Shown: positions 1-9,300 of the stretch, in pieces
How positions within the stretch are numbered: the stretch's first letter is position 1
How the letters are laid out: each line of letters opens with the position of its first letter
From: an uncultured euryarchaeote
Lineage (GTDB): Archaea > Thermoplasmatota > Poseidoniia > Poseidoniales > Poseidoniaceae
Length of the DNA stretch: 64,000 nt
Assembly (NCBI GenBank): GCA_937915175.1
Contig: CALDNA010000050.1
Location: forward strand, 11,581 to 75,580
Reading direction: 5' to 3'
Translations under genes and position numbers: made by a program
Notes under the pieces: model-generated
The model's input: only the letters and a program-made list of their open reading frames with translations
Database searches by the model: none
Told to the model about the DNA's origin: nothing

Positions 1-651
1 AAGAACGCCCAAGCCGTTGATCATCGTGGTGTGGGAGTCGGTACCGACAAGGGTATCTGCAAGCCAAACGCCGTCTTCTTGACGCGCAACGCTTGCCAAG
101 TATTCGAGGTTGACCTGATGCACAATGCCCCGTGAAGGGGGGACTGCTTGGAAGTTAGCAAGGGATTGCTGGCCCCACTTGAGGAAGGTATAGCGTTCCA
201 TGTTTCGGTGATATTCAATGTCGAGGTTCATCTCTAAGGCTTGGCTGTTTGAGCCGTCGACGTCGACCTGAACTGAATGATCGATGACAAGATCCACAGG
301 CACTTGTGGGTTCACTTTCTCAGGATCCCCGCCCATCTCAACCATGGCATCGCGCAGGGCCGCCAAATCAACCACCGCAGGTACACCGGTGAAATCCTGT
401 AGGATCACACGGGATGGTCGGAAAGGAATTTCTCCCCGCTCGCCGTTTGGGGTCCATGCAGCGATGTTTCGAATGTCTTTTTCGCTGACCAAAAATCCGT
501 CATTGCCTCGCAATGCTCCTTCGAGGAGAATACGGATGGAGTATGGTAATGCACCAGTTGCGATGCCGTTTTCATCAAGACCGTCGAGTGAATAATAGTC
601 GCCGCCGACAGAAAGGGTCCTGCGCGCATTGAAGGGATCCAAGGTCGCCAT
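1..651 (-). CDS. acnA: aconitate hydratase (aconitase A family), N-terminal 217 codons; gene continues past the left edge
   Basis: Absent from the ORF track because it has no stop inside the window. Reverse-strand translation from ATG (651-649) reads [25 protein letters not shown]...[23 protein letters not shown]...[12 protein letters not shown]...[21 protein letters not shown]...[17 protein letters not shown]. These are canonical aconitase domain-1 motifs, in frame to position 1. Confidence 0.9.
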   Translation of the reverse strand, partial: MATLDPFNARRTLSVGGDYYSLDGLDENGIATGALPYSIRILLEGALRGNDGFLVSEKDIRNIAAWTPNGERGEIPFRPSRVILQDFTGVPAVVDLAALRDAMVEMGGDPEKVNPQVPVDLVIDHSVQVDVDGSNSQALEMNLDIEYHRNMERYTFLKWGQQSLANFQAVPPSRGIVHQVNLEYLASVARQEDGVWLADTLVGTDSHTTMINGLGVL

Positions 652-733
652 GAGAAGACCCAAAAGGCACTAATCTATGAACAAAACCCTTGACAGGGCT
701 CTTATTTTTGCACAAAAGTATTCGTTTGAGGAA

Positions 734-1855
734 TCAGAAAGGCCACCAGCTGGAGGAAGATTCACCGCTGAATGAGGCATCGATGAGCGTCACAGGGTAG
801 GCAGGATCGCTTCCTGATTGGCCGCCGGTCTCAATAGCGTCGATTTTGTCGACGACGTCTTGACCATCAATCACCTTACCAAAAACGGTGTGAACACCGT
901 CAAGGTGCGAAGGCGTTGAGTCTGGCGAGACGATGAAGAATTGTGAGCCGCCTGTATGAGCGTTGTTTGTCTTGGCCATCGAGAGCATGTATGGTTCGTG
1001 CTTCATATCGTTGTCAGCTTCATCCCCAATGGTCCAAGCAGTTTTGAGGCAGTCCGATGGACTGACGCTTGGTTCGCCGTTGCAGTATCCGTCCCAAACG
1101 GCTGCGTGGCCACCGGTGCCGTCGCCGTTGGTGAAGTCGCCGCCTTGCAGCATAAATCCTGCAATTATTCGGTGATAGATGGTGCCGTCATAAGACCCAT
1201 CTCTGACGAGTTCCTTGAAATTTTCGACGTGTGTAGGAGCATCATCGCCGTACAATTCAATGGTGATGGTCCCTTTCTCGAACGAGCCGTCAGGGTTTGT
1301 CCAAGACATTTCGAACTCCACGAGTTCTCCGTCAGCCTGTGGTTGGCCAAGCGCCGCTATGCCAGCAAGCACGAGCAAGAAGGCCGTTCCAAAGGCGAAA
1401 ACCCCAGCAAGGGTTGGTGTACCATCTCGAACCATTCGAGGGAAGACCGTCTCGCTGATCCGTGCGTCCTGCATTTCATTGAGCAGGTTGTTGTACTGAG
1501 TGTTTGTGCGCTTATCGCTGGAATTGCCTTTCATTGAATCCCTGAATAGGCCCGCTGCCTTCCGGTAATCAGAACTCGACCGGGTGTCTTTGGCTTTGGC
1601 CCATGTCGCTTCGGCGGCGATTCGAAGGGTGGTTGGGTGCTGCCCCTCACCGTCGATGGAGCGAAGTGTGTCCAGTGCACCCTCATACTTTCCCTTCAAC
1701 AACGTTTTCTCTGCTTTGTCCCATGCGGCCTTTCGAACTTCTGCTTCGGTGAGTTCCGGCTTGCTCGAGGACTTCTTGACTGAAGATTTCTTTGCTGCGG
1801 TGCTGTCGGCCATGAGCATCCGAGGCCGCTCCCCGTTTTGAGCATCACGCATCAA
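734..1855 (-). CDS. membrane-anchored cyclophilin-type peptidyl-prolyl isomerase (helical N-domain, one TM, C-terminal PPIase domain)
   Basis: The C-terminal ~190 aa carry cyclophilin signatures (ITIELYGDDAPTHVENFKELV, YHRIIAGFMLQGGDFTNGDGTGG, GGSQFFIV, HTVFGKVIDGQDVVDKI). A single hydrophobic helix (TLAGVFAFGTAFLLVLAGIAALG) precedes them. The true start may be M1, M13 or M15. Confidence 0.85.
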   Translation of the reverse strand: MMRDAQNGERPRMLMADSTAAKKSSVKKSSSKPELTEAEVRKAAWDKAEKTLLKGKYEGALDTLRSIDGEGQHPTTLRIAAEATWAKAKDTRSSSDYRKAAGLFRDSMKGNSSDKRTNTQYNNLLNEMQDARISETVFPRMVRDGTPTLAGVFAFGTAFLLVLAGIAALGQPQADGELVEFEMSWTNPDGSFEKGTITIELYGDDAPTHVENFKELVRDGSYDGTIYHRIIAGFMLQGGDFTNGDGTGGHAAVWDGYCNGEPSVSPSDCLKTAWTIGDEADNDMKHEPYMLSMAKTNNAHTGGSQFFIVSPDSTPSHLDGVHTVFGKVIDGQDVVDKIDAIETGGQSGSDPAYPVTLIDASFSGESSSSWWPF

Positions 1856-1991
1856 TAATGAAGCGGCGCAAAGCGTGAAAACAGGGCAAAATATGGGCGG
1901 TGCGCATCAACATGTTCAAAGAGTGCATGCAGAACCCCAATCCCATACAGCCCCTCACTTCGGTGAGTCTGGCCCTCAGGGGACACGAACA

Positions 1992-3779
1992 ATGGAAACC
2001 ATTGCCAACGATTACACAATCAATATCGCAACTGCAAACGGAACAGGGTCCCAATCTGCAAACCTGATCCTTCTCCAAGCCTTGTTCGAAATGGGCGTCC
2101 CCGTTAGCGGAAAAAACATGTTCCCATCCAACATTTCAGGTCTGCCAACCTGGTACATTGTCCGACTTTCAGACCATGGCTACCAAGCGCCCGGCGACCG
2201 AACTCACATTCAAGTTCTTGTCAACCCGGCGACATGGCATGATGATCTTGCCGCCCTCGAACCCGGCAGCGTCGTCATCTGGAACGAGAATGCAAAAATG
2301 GAAATGACCCGCGACGATGTAATTTCCTACCCTGTGCCAATGTCTGGACTCGCCCGAAAAATCAATCCAAAAATTGCAAAACTTGTCACCAACATCATCT
2401 ACGTAGGTATCATTGCAGAGATGCTAGGCATCGATCAAGAAGCGCTCAACAGTGCGGTTGCAAAGCAGTTCAAAGGCAAAACAAGCGCCATTGAACTCAA
2501 CATCACTGCCCTTGGCCTCGGTCGAGATTACTTCAAGGACAACTTCACCAAAGAAGACCCCTATGTGGTGGAATCACGAACGGTCGAAACGCCCAAGTTT
2601 TTCATCGATGGCAACGAAGCAGCAGCGCTTGGTTGCATCTTTGGCGGTGTCCAAATGCTCGCATGGTACCCAATCACACCATCTTCTTCCCTCGCAGAAG
2701 GCATCATCAATTACATCCCTCAACTCAGAGTTGATGAAGAAGGCGACGCAACCTGCGCTGTTATTCAAGCAGAAGATGAACTCGCCGCAGCTGGCATGGT
2801 GCTTGGCGCCGGATGGGCAGGTGGCCGAGGCATGACAGCAACCTCAGGACCTGGTATTTCGCTGATGCAGGAATTCATCGGCCTCGCCTACTTTGCTGAA
2901 ATCCCTTCAGTGTTCTGGGATGTGAACCGTGTTGGTCCATCCACCGGACTTCCAACAAGAACACAGCAATCTGACATCACCATGCTCTACGAAGGCAGCC
3001 ACGGGGACACGCAACACATTGTGCTGATCCCTGGAACCGTCGAAGAATGCTTTGAGTTCGGATGGCGCGCCTTCGACATTACAGAACGGTTCCAAACACC
3101 AGTGTTTGGGCTCAGCGACCTTGATCTTGGCATGAACCGCTGGGCATGTGAAGGCTTCACTTACCCTGATCAACCCATGGACAGAGGAAAGGTTGTTCGC
3201 GACAAAGATGTCTTCGAAGCGTTTGAAGACTTTGGGCGTTACCTCGACGTAGACGGCGATGGCATCCCCTATCGAACCCTCCCGGGCTCCGGAATGGACC
3301 CAATATTGTACCGAGGCACAGGACACAACCCAAAGGGCGTATACTCCGAAAAGCCTGAAGATTACTTCAACCTCATGGAACGCCTCCGGTCAAAGATTGA
3401 CGGAGCACGCGATAAGTTGCCCGCACCTATTCTTCGAGAAGAAGAGGAATGTGAAGTCGGCATCATTTACCTAGGCAGCATGGAAAACACCATTCAAGAA
3501 ATCGACGACATGCTCGAAAGCACAGGCCTCAAAGTCAGCCAGTGCAGGGTCCGGGCCCTTCCGTTCCACAGCGGTGTTCAGGAATTCATTCGACGCCACG
3601 AGACCACAATTGTGTTGGAAATTAACCGCGACGGCCAACTCTATGGCATCTTGAGAAAGGAATTGCCAAACGATTTGATCACCAAGGTTCACTCCGTCGC
3701 CTACAGCGACGGCATGCCACCTCGCGCCCGCATCTACTCTGACCGAATTCTTTCCACCCTTCAGGAGGTGAACCAATGA
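1992..3779 (+). CDS. korA: 2-oxoacid:ferredoxin oxidoreductase, fused gamma/alpha subunit
   Basis: METIANDYTINIATANGTGSQSANLILLQALFEMGVPVSGKNMFPSNISGLPTWY is a gamma-type N-domain. It is followed by alpha-subunit motifs (AAALGCIFGGVQMLAWYPITPSS, GMTATSGPGISLMQE). I trimmed the track ORF (1875) to the first ATG preceding the conserved region. The stop overlaps the korB start by 4 nt (ATGA). Confidence 0.85.
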   Translation: METIANDYTINIATANGTGSQSANLILLQALFEMGVPVSGKNMFPSNISGLPTWYIVRLSDHGYQAPGDRTHIQVLVNPATWHDDLAALEPGSVVIWNENAKMEMTRDDVISYPVPMSGLARKINPKIAKLVTNIIYVGIIAEMLGIDQEALNSAVAKQFKGKTSAIELNITALGLGRDYFKDNFTKEDPYVVESRTVETPKFFIDGNEAAALGCIFGGVQMLAWYPITPSSSLAEGIINYIPQLRVDEEGDATCAVIQAEDELAAAGMVLGAGWAGGRGMTATSGPGISLMQEFIGLAYFAEIPSVFWDVNRVGPSTGLPTRTQQSDITMLYEGSHGDTQHIVLIPGTVEECFEFGWRAFDITERFQTPVFGLSDLDLGMNRWACEGFTYPDQPMDRGKVVRDKDVFEAFEDFGRYLDVDGDGIPYRTLPGSGMDPILYRGTGHNPKGVYSEKPEDYFNLMERLRSKIDGARDKLPAPILREEEECEVGIIYLGSMENTIQEIDDMLESTGLKVSQCRVRALPFHSGVQEFIRRHETTIVLEINRDGQLYGILRKELPNDLITKVHSVAYSDGMPPRARIYSDRILSTLQEVNQ

Positions 3780-4840
3780 GCGACGCACCAGCACGACCAG
3801 CCAAAGCAGCCCGACCCGTTAAACTCAACGTCATCAACGAGCCCAAAGACAGTTACACAGGCGGAAAATCTTCGCTGTGCCCCGGCTGTGGCCACGACCA
3901 AATTTCAAATGTCATCATCGCAGCAGCATGGGAAAACGGCATTGAACCTCACCGAATAGCAAAGATGTCCGGTATTGGTTGCTCATCAAAGACCCCCGCC
4001 TATTACCTCGGCCAGTCCCACGGATTCAACACCGTTCACGGTAGAATGCCATCGGTGACCACCGGCGCCTATGCGGTCAACAAAGACCTCCTTTACCTCG
4101 GAGTTTCCGGCGATGGCGATTCGGCATCGATTGGTATTGGCCAACTGATTCACGCCATTCGAAGAAACATGGACATGGTGTACATCGTCGAAAACAACGG
4201 CGTATACGGCCTGACAAAGGGCCAATACTCTGCAACTGCAGATGTCGGTTCCAAGAAAAAGAAAGGCAAAGTCAACACAACACAGCCCATTGATTTGTGC
4301 GCCCTTGCCATCAACCTTGGTTGCACCTTTGTCGCTCGCTCCTTCTCTGGTTCAAAGAAACAATTGACATCGCTCATCAAGGCAGCAATGTCTCACAAAG
4401 GATTCGCATTTATCGACGTCATCAGCCCCTGTGTGACGTTCAACAACAACGATGAATCAATGCGATCCTACGGGTACGTCAAAGAGAACGAAATCACCCT
4501 GCACATGACCGATTACATCCCTCACTTCAACCCAGTTGAGGAAGTTGAAGTCCCAGAAGGCCATTTCAGAGACATAGAACTTCACGACGGTTCAACCATC
4601 AGGCTCGAAACGATTTCAGAACACCACGATCCGAGCAGTCCTATGGCCGCACTCACCGCGCTTCACGAAGCAGAAACAACGCAGAAGCACGTCACTGGCT
4701 TGCTCTACTTCGACAACACAAAGCCAGCACTAGCCGAAGACCTTGGCATTGTTGACACACCACTGATCGACGTACCTGCAACTTCGTTGCGCCCCTCATC
4801 GGCTCTGCTCGATGAGTTGAATGCGGCATTGCTCGGATAA
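3776..4840 (+). CDS. korB: 2-oxoacid:ferredoxin oxidoreductase, beta (TPP-binding) subunit
   Basis: CPGCGHD, GIGCSS and the TPP-binding block GDGDSASIGIGQLIHAIRRNMDMVYIVENNGVYGLTKGQ. Translationally coupled to korA. Confidence 0.9.
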   Translation: MSDAPARPAKAARPVKLNVINEPKDSYTGGKSSLCPGCGHDQISNVIIAAAWENGIEPHRIAKMSGIGCSSKTPAYYLGQSHGFNTVHGRMPSVTTGAYAVNKDLLYLGVSGDGDSASIGIGQLIHAIRRNMDMVYIVENNGVYGLTKGQYSATADVGSKKKKGKVNTTQPIDLCALAINLGCTFVARSFSGSKKQLTSLIKAAMSHKGFAFIDVISPCVTFNNNDESMRSYGYVKENEITLHMTDYIPHFNPVEEVEVPEGHFRDIELHDGSTIRLETISEHHDPSSPMAALTALHEAETTQKHVTGLLYFDNTKPALAEDLGIVDTPLIDVPATSLRPSSALLDELNAALLG

Positions 4841-4889
4841 ATACGAAGAGAGCAAAACCTGCAATAAGGGGCAGGAGTACAGGATATCA

Positions 4890-5777
4890 ATGGCCGCCAT
4901 AACCACCGTCGCGATTTTCGTCGCCCTCGGTGCAGTTGTCGCCGGAACGGTGGTGCGAATCATCAAACAACGACGATTGAAGGAACTGCGTCTTGCGCGC
5001 AGAAACAAATACGCTCAACGGTCTGAGCAGTCCCCTCAACAAACCACTCAAAACCTCGGGGGCCGTCACACAGAGGACTTGGATGAAGTTGAAGCAGTGG
5101 CGTATGAAAACAGAGAAGTGGCTCGAAATCAAAACATCCAATTTTTGCGGTTACTGGTCGCCGACCTTTTCGAAGAGGACGAATTGGATCCAATCCAAGA
5201 AGAACAGCAGCGTGAGACCCTGCTTGAAGAGCGCCAAGCTTGGATTGAAGAACATCAAGAAAGTTTAGATGAACACGCTGCGTTAGTTGAAGAAGAAGAG
5301 ATTGGCAGCGGCGTTAGCATCATCGAGACCATAGCCCCGGAAGACGATGACATTGAGGAGCGATTACAGCGAGAAGGTGGCAAAAGCGGAACCGTTCAAA
5401 TATCCCTTGCATGGGACGATTACAACGACCTTGACATGCACGTGTTTTGCCCTTCAGGCGAGCGGATATACTTCAACAACAAAAACAGTGAATGCGGCGG
5501 CGAGTTGGACGTTGATATGAACGTCAGGCCCGTCAGTAATAATTCAGTTGAGAACGTAGTATGGACAGAGGATGCTCCGTCTGGCAAGTACAAGATTGGC
5601 GTTCATTTCTACAAGCACCACAAAAAGCGCCGCAGTAAGCCAACAACTACATTCAGATTGCGAGTCATGGTTCGTGGCAAAAGCAGGGATTATGGCGGTA
5701 CCATCACCGCTGGGACCGCGATGCAAATGGTCTCCAGTTTTACGCTAAAACCGAACAACCCTCAAGATGGCCAATAG
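4890..5777 (+). CDS. N-terminally TM-anchored protein with an acidic coiled region and a C-terminal DUF2135/YfaP-like beta-sandwich (tentative)
   Basis: MAAITTVAIFVALGAVVAGTVV is a TM helix followed by RIIKQRRLKELRLARR. Next comes a Glu-rich helical stretch, then VQISLAWDDYNDLDMHVFCPSGERIYFNNKNSECGGELDVDMNV...VENVVWTEDAPSGKYKIGVHFYKHH. The family assignment is from memory of the LxWD..DLDLHV..P.G motif. Start trimmed from 4821 to the ATG before the TM helix. Confidence 0.6.
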   Translation: MAAITTVAIFVALGAVVAGTVVRIIKQRRLKELRLARRNKYAQRSEQSPQQTTQNLGGRHTEDLDEVEAVAYENREVARNQNIQFLRLLVADLFEEDELDPIQEEQQRETLLEERQAWIEEHQESLDEHAALVEEEEIGSGVSIIETIAPEDDDIEERLQREGGKSGTVQISLAWDDYNDLDMHVFCPSGERIYFNNKNSECGGELDVDMNVRPVSNNSVENVVWTEDAPSGKYKIGVHFYKHHKKRRSKPTTTFRLRVMVRGKSRDYGGTITAGTAMQMVSSFTLKPNNPQDGQ

Positions 5778-5789
5778 ATCACGGTTTAA

Positions 5790-6110
5790 TCAAAAGGTTT
5801 GGCCACGCATCATCCGAATGAGTTTGGCTAAAACACTCACCTTCGGACGATCTTCAAGCCCCAGCAACCAATCCAACTCGTTCGCTCTGTCGTAGCGTAG
5901 CACATCATCGAACCCGCCAATCCATTTTTCCCCGATGAAAATTTGAGGGACAGACTTACTTCCCTCGGTACGAACCAGAAACTCACGGTCCATTCGGGCT
6001 GAAGTCCCCAGTTTCTTTTCTTCATAGGCCACGCCCTTTTGATCTAGCAAACGCTTGGCGTTGACACAGGCCGCACAGCCTTTATTGGTGTAGAGTTCAA
6101 CCTTGACCAT
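5790..6110 (-). CDS. glutaredoxin-family thiol-disulfide oxidoreductase
   Basis: VELYTNKGCAACVNAKRLLDQKGVAYEE...SVPQIFIGEKWIGGFDDV shows a thioredoxin-fold Grx layout with a CAAC active site. Confidence 0.85.
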   Translation of the reverse strand: MVKVELYTNKGCAACVNAKRLLDQKGVAYEEKKLGTSARMDREFLVRTEGSKSVPQIFIGEKWIGGFDDVLRYDRANELDWLLGLEDRPKVSVLAKLIRMMRGQTF

Positions 6111-6154
6111 GATCTTGGGAAGAGGAAGTAGCCTTCAATTGCACTGGGAAGCGG

Positions 6155-6230
6155 TGGTAGTCCCTCTCGGATTTGAACCGAGGTCGGAGGAACCAGAATC
6201 CTCCATGATGGACCGCTACACTAAGGGACT
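6155..6230 (-). tRNA. tRNA-Gln: tRNA-Gln (anticodon CUG), genomically encoded CCA
   Basis: The reverse complement is AGTCCCTTAGTGTAGCGGTCCATCATGGAGGATTCTGGTTCCTCCGACCTCGGTTCAAATCCGAGAGGGACTACCA. It folds by hand with a 7-bp acceptor stem (AGTCCCT/AGGGACT), a 5-bp anticodon stem (GAGGA/TCCTC), loop TTCTGGT (anticodon CTG), and T-arm CTCGG-TTCAAAT-CCGAG. The D-stem is weak (one G-U pair, one mismatch). Confidence 0.85.
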
Positions 6231-6297
6231 GTTGTACGGGCCTGCTTCCTTTCCTTCTTCAATTCAGCGGTGCGCCTCATCAGGGCATAATGTTTGA

Positions 6298-6325
6298 TTT
6301 TTATAGAGAATGGAGGTTTAATATA
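6298..6325 (+). promoter_or_regulatory. two TATA-like boxes upstream of the EF-hand surface-protein gene
   Basis: TTTTTATA (6298-6305) is centred ~31 nt before ATG 6333. TTTAATATA (6317-6325) is centred ~27 nt before the in-frame ATG at 6348, which would give a leaderless mRNA starting MNDSASLKMKPGFAF. Spacing argument only. Confidence 0.3.
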
Positions 6326-6332
6326 GCCAAAG

Positions 6333-9300
6333 ATGTCGCGTTGGGTAATGAATGATTCCGCATCACTCAAAATGAAGCCCGGCTTTGCCTTCCTAATGGC
6401 ACTAGCTTTAGTCACGACAACCTTTGCTGGTGTATCGTTTGCAAACCCCACAACAGGCACCGGCCCAAGTAACACGATGGCCTCTATGGACTACGATGAA
6501 CTCGAATTGATTGTCGATTTTGACGCAAATGGAACCGACTACACAAGCTTAACCTCAGAAATCCACGTCTGGGATGACGACAACTTTTCTGCTTGGTTTG
6601 GACCTGAAGACATGATGGAAGAATCTGACAACACCTCGTGGAACACCCACTGGGCTGACATCAGCCTTGTTCTCTTCTTTAACGGAAGCGCAGGCGTCTC
6701 TCCGATGGCTGATGAAGGCACATGGTACTATGTCGACGCATATGTGAACGACTCATACGGTTACACTGTCGGACAGGCATACACCCAAATCTGCATGGAC
6801 AACGGCAGCGTTTGTGAAGATGATCAAAACGGACCTGACATTGAAGATATCTTCAACCAAATCGATGCAAACCAAGACGGAGCAATCACCGCTTCTGAAA
6901 TTATTGATTTCGAAAACATGGAACGCGAATCAAACAACGAATCAAACTTAACCGCTGAAGAAGAGGCAGACATTGCTGATGATGTTGCAGAGTTCGATAC
7001 AGGCTACGATGATGGAATGGGCAACACAGAAGATGCCAACGACAGCATGCTTGAAATTAACGAATTTACCGAGATGTTCCTCGAGAGGAATACTCTGATT
7101 ACCGGTGCAGATGCATACCTCGAAGATGGCGTTGTGAGGATTGAAATTCACGATGACCTCGATGAAGTTGACTATGTTTGGATTCTCATTCATGATGGTG
7201 AAGGAAATGAACTCATCAACGAAACCTACGCAGGGGACGAAAACGGGGATTTCCAAGATTGGACAAGCCCTGACTGCTGCAATGAAGATGGAATGTACTA
7301 CATCACCCTCTACTTCTACGACGAAGATAATATGAGTATTGACTCTGATTCCTTCACACTCGGCGGATATGATAACGACCAAATGATGTTTGACATGTTC
7401 GATACCGACATGAGCGGTAACGTCTCGATCGATGAATACCTGGACGCCATGGACAACGCGAGTGATATAAACGGCGAAGACCCAATGGACAACGCAACCA
7501 GAACTATGATCTCCAACATGTTCATGGATGAAGACACCAACGAAGACGGTGAACTCGACCTTGATGAATTCCTCTCTTTCTGGAACACACTGAACAACAT
7601 GGGCGGCGACGACGACGACACGCGCACAGACGCAGAAATGATGAGGATGATGCTCGATGCAGACCAAGATGGAAACATCACGCTCTCTGAAATGCTCGTC
7701 ATGGTTGAAGAAAACCAATCTGATGCAAGCAAAATGACCACCTTCTATACCAACCTCTTCAACAACGAAGATGTCGATGGCAACGAAATGCTCGACTTTG
7801 GTGAATTCTCCGTCTTTCACGAACGCCTTGACGAACTCATGGGCGACGACTGCTATGACGTCATGGCAGGGGATGCAATCCTAAGCGATGGAACATTCGA
7901 AGACCAAGAAGGGAACGAAACCGAATTGATGGCTGGCGACACCGCACCATCAGACGGCGAGTTCTGCGAATGGGGTGAAATGGACACTGATGTAATCCTC
8001 CTCATGTTGGACACGAACGGTGATGACCAACTCAGCCTTGCTGAAATCCTTGTTGACATGACCTCTGGAGATGAAACTGCAGATGAACTCATGATGCTTG
8101 GGTTCGTGTTTGAATACTATGATGACAACGGCGATGAACTGCTCGACCACAACGAATTCGGATTGTTCTGGACACACATGCAAAGCGGTGAAGAATACAT
8201 CCCAACGAATGCTCAAATCCTCAGCATGTACGATACAGATGGCGATGGCAACCTCAGCCTGTCCGAAGTGCTCGCAGCTGTGAGCAACGGAAATGAATCC
8301 GCAGATGAACTCATGATGTTCGGATGGATCTTTGAATCCCATGATTGGGACATGAGCGGCTCCCTTGATGCCAACGAGTTCTTCTGGTTCATGGACAGCA
8401 TGCAAAGCGGTGAAGAATACACCCCGACCCCTGTTCAGATGATGGACTTGTTTGATACTGACGGTGATGGAAGTGTTTCCCTTGCGGAAACAATCGCTTT
8501 CCTCAACGCAGGTGCTGAAAACCAAGACGAAACTCTCTCAGAAATTGAAGAAGAATACCTCGGTGTTTTGTTTGGTTTCATGGATGCTGACTCGAATGGA
8601 TTGCTAAACGCTTCCGAATTCCCAGAATTCTACTATGCCTTAGACTCTGAAGAAGACCAAGGCGATATGGGCGACGATGACGGACAAGGCCAAGGTCAAG
8701 GAAATGAAACCGACATGGTTTGTTACGACATGGTCAACCATGTGATCCTCCAAAACATTGACAACTCATCCGAATGTGAAGCAGCAGGCTTCATGTGGAC
8801 TGAGAACATCAACTCCGGAGACGGAGAAGGTCAAGATAATGACTCAAATTCTGAAGAACAAGGAATCAACTTTGATTCCATGGACGTTTGGTTTGAACAG
8901 TGGAACGACCAAACAATGCAACTTGTCCTTGTCGAACTCGGTGTCGTTGACAGTCCTGAAGAAATCGAGCGCCTTTCCATGATGGCCGACGGTATGTACG
9001 GGAACAACGACAGCGTTCTCGACGAATCTGAAGTGAACATGCTCATGTCACTTTATGCAATGAGCCTCAATGTTGATGATATTGCTAAAGGTTTGACCCT
9101 CGATGGGCAAAACGGAACTGCTGTTGACTTTTGGGTCGAAATTGACGGATTGCTCGAAGGCGACGATGTCGTATTTGTCCGAATCGGAACCGTGATTGAA
9201 TTCCCAGTGACAAACACCTACGACAACTCCACCAGCCACGCATTTGTCGTGACCAACACCGATGTTGAAGACGACGGCGGTGCAGGAGAAGACTTCACTG

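Noticed and set aside
956-1537. 193-aa plus-strand ORF opposite the cyclophilin gene
   Set aside because: It is antisense to clear cyclophilin signatures and has no recognisable features.
6948-7820. 290-aa minus-strand ORF (with 7316-7741 and 7950-8525) antisense to the EF-hand gene
   Set aside because: These are shadow ORFs. The translation is a monotonous V/H/F/I string, the mirror of GAT/GAA/AAC-rich sense codons. They lie entirely inside a far better supported gene and carry no motifs.
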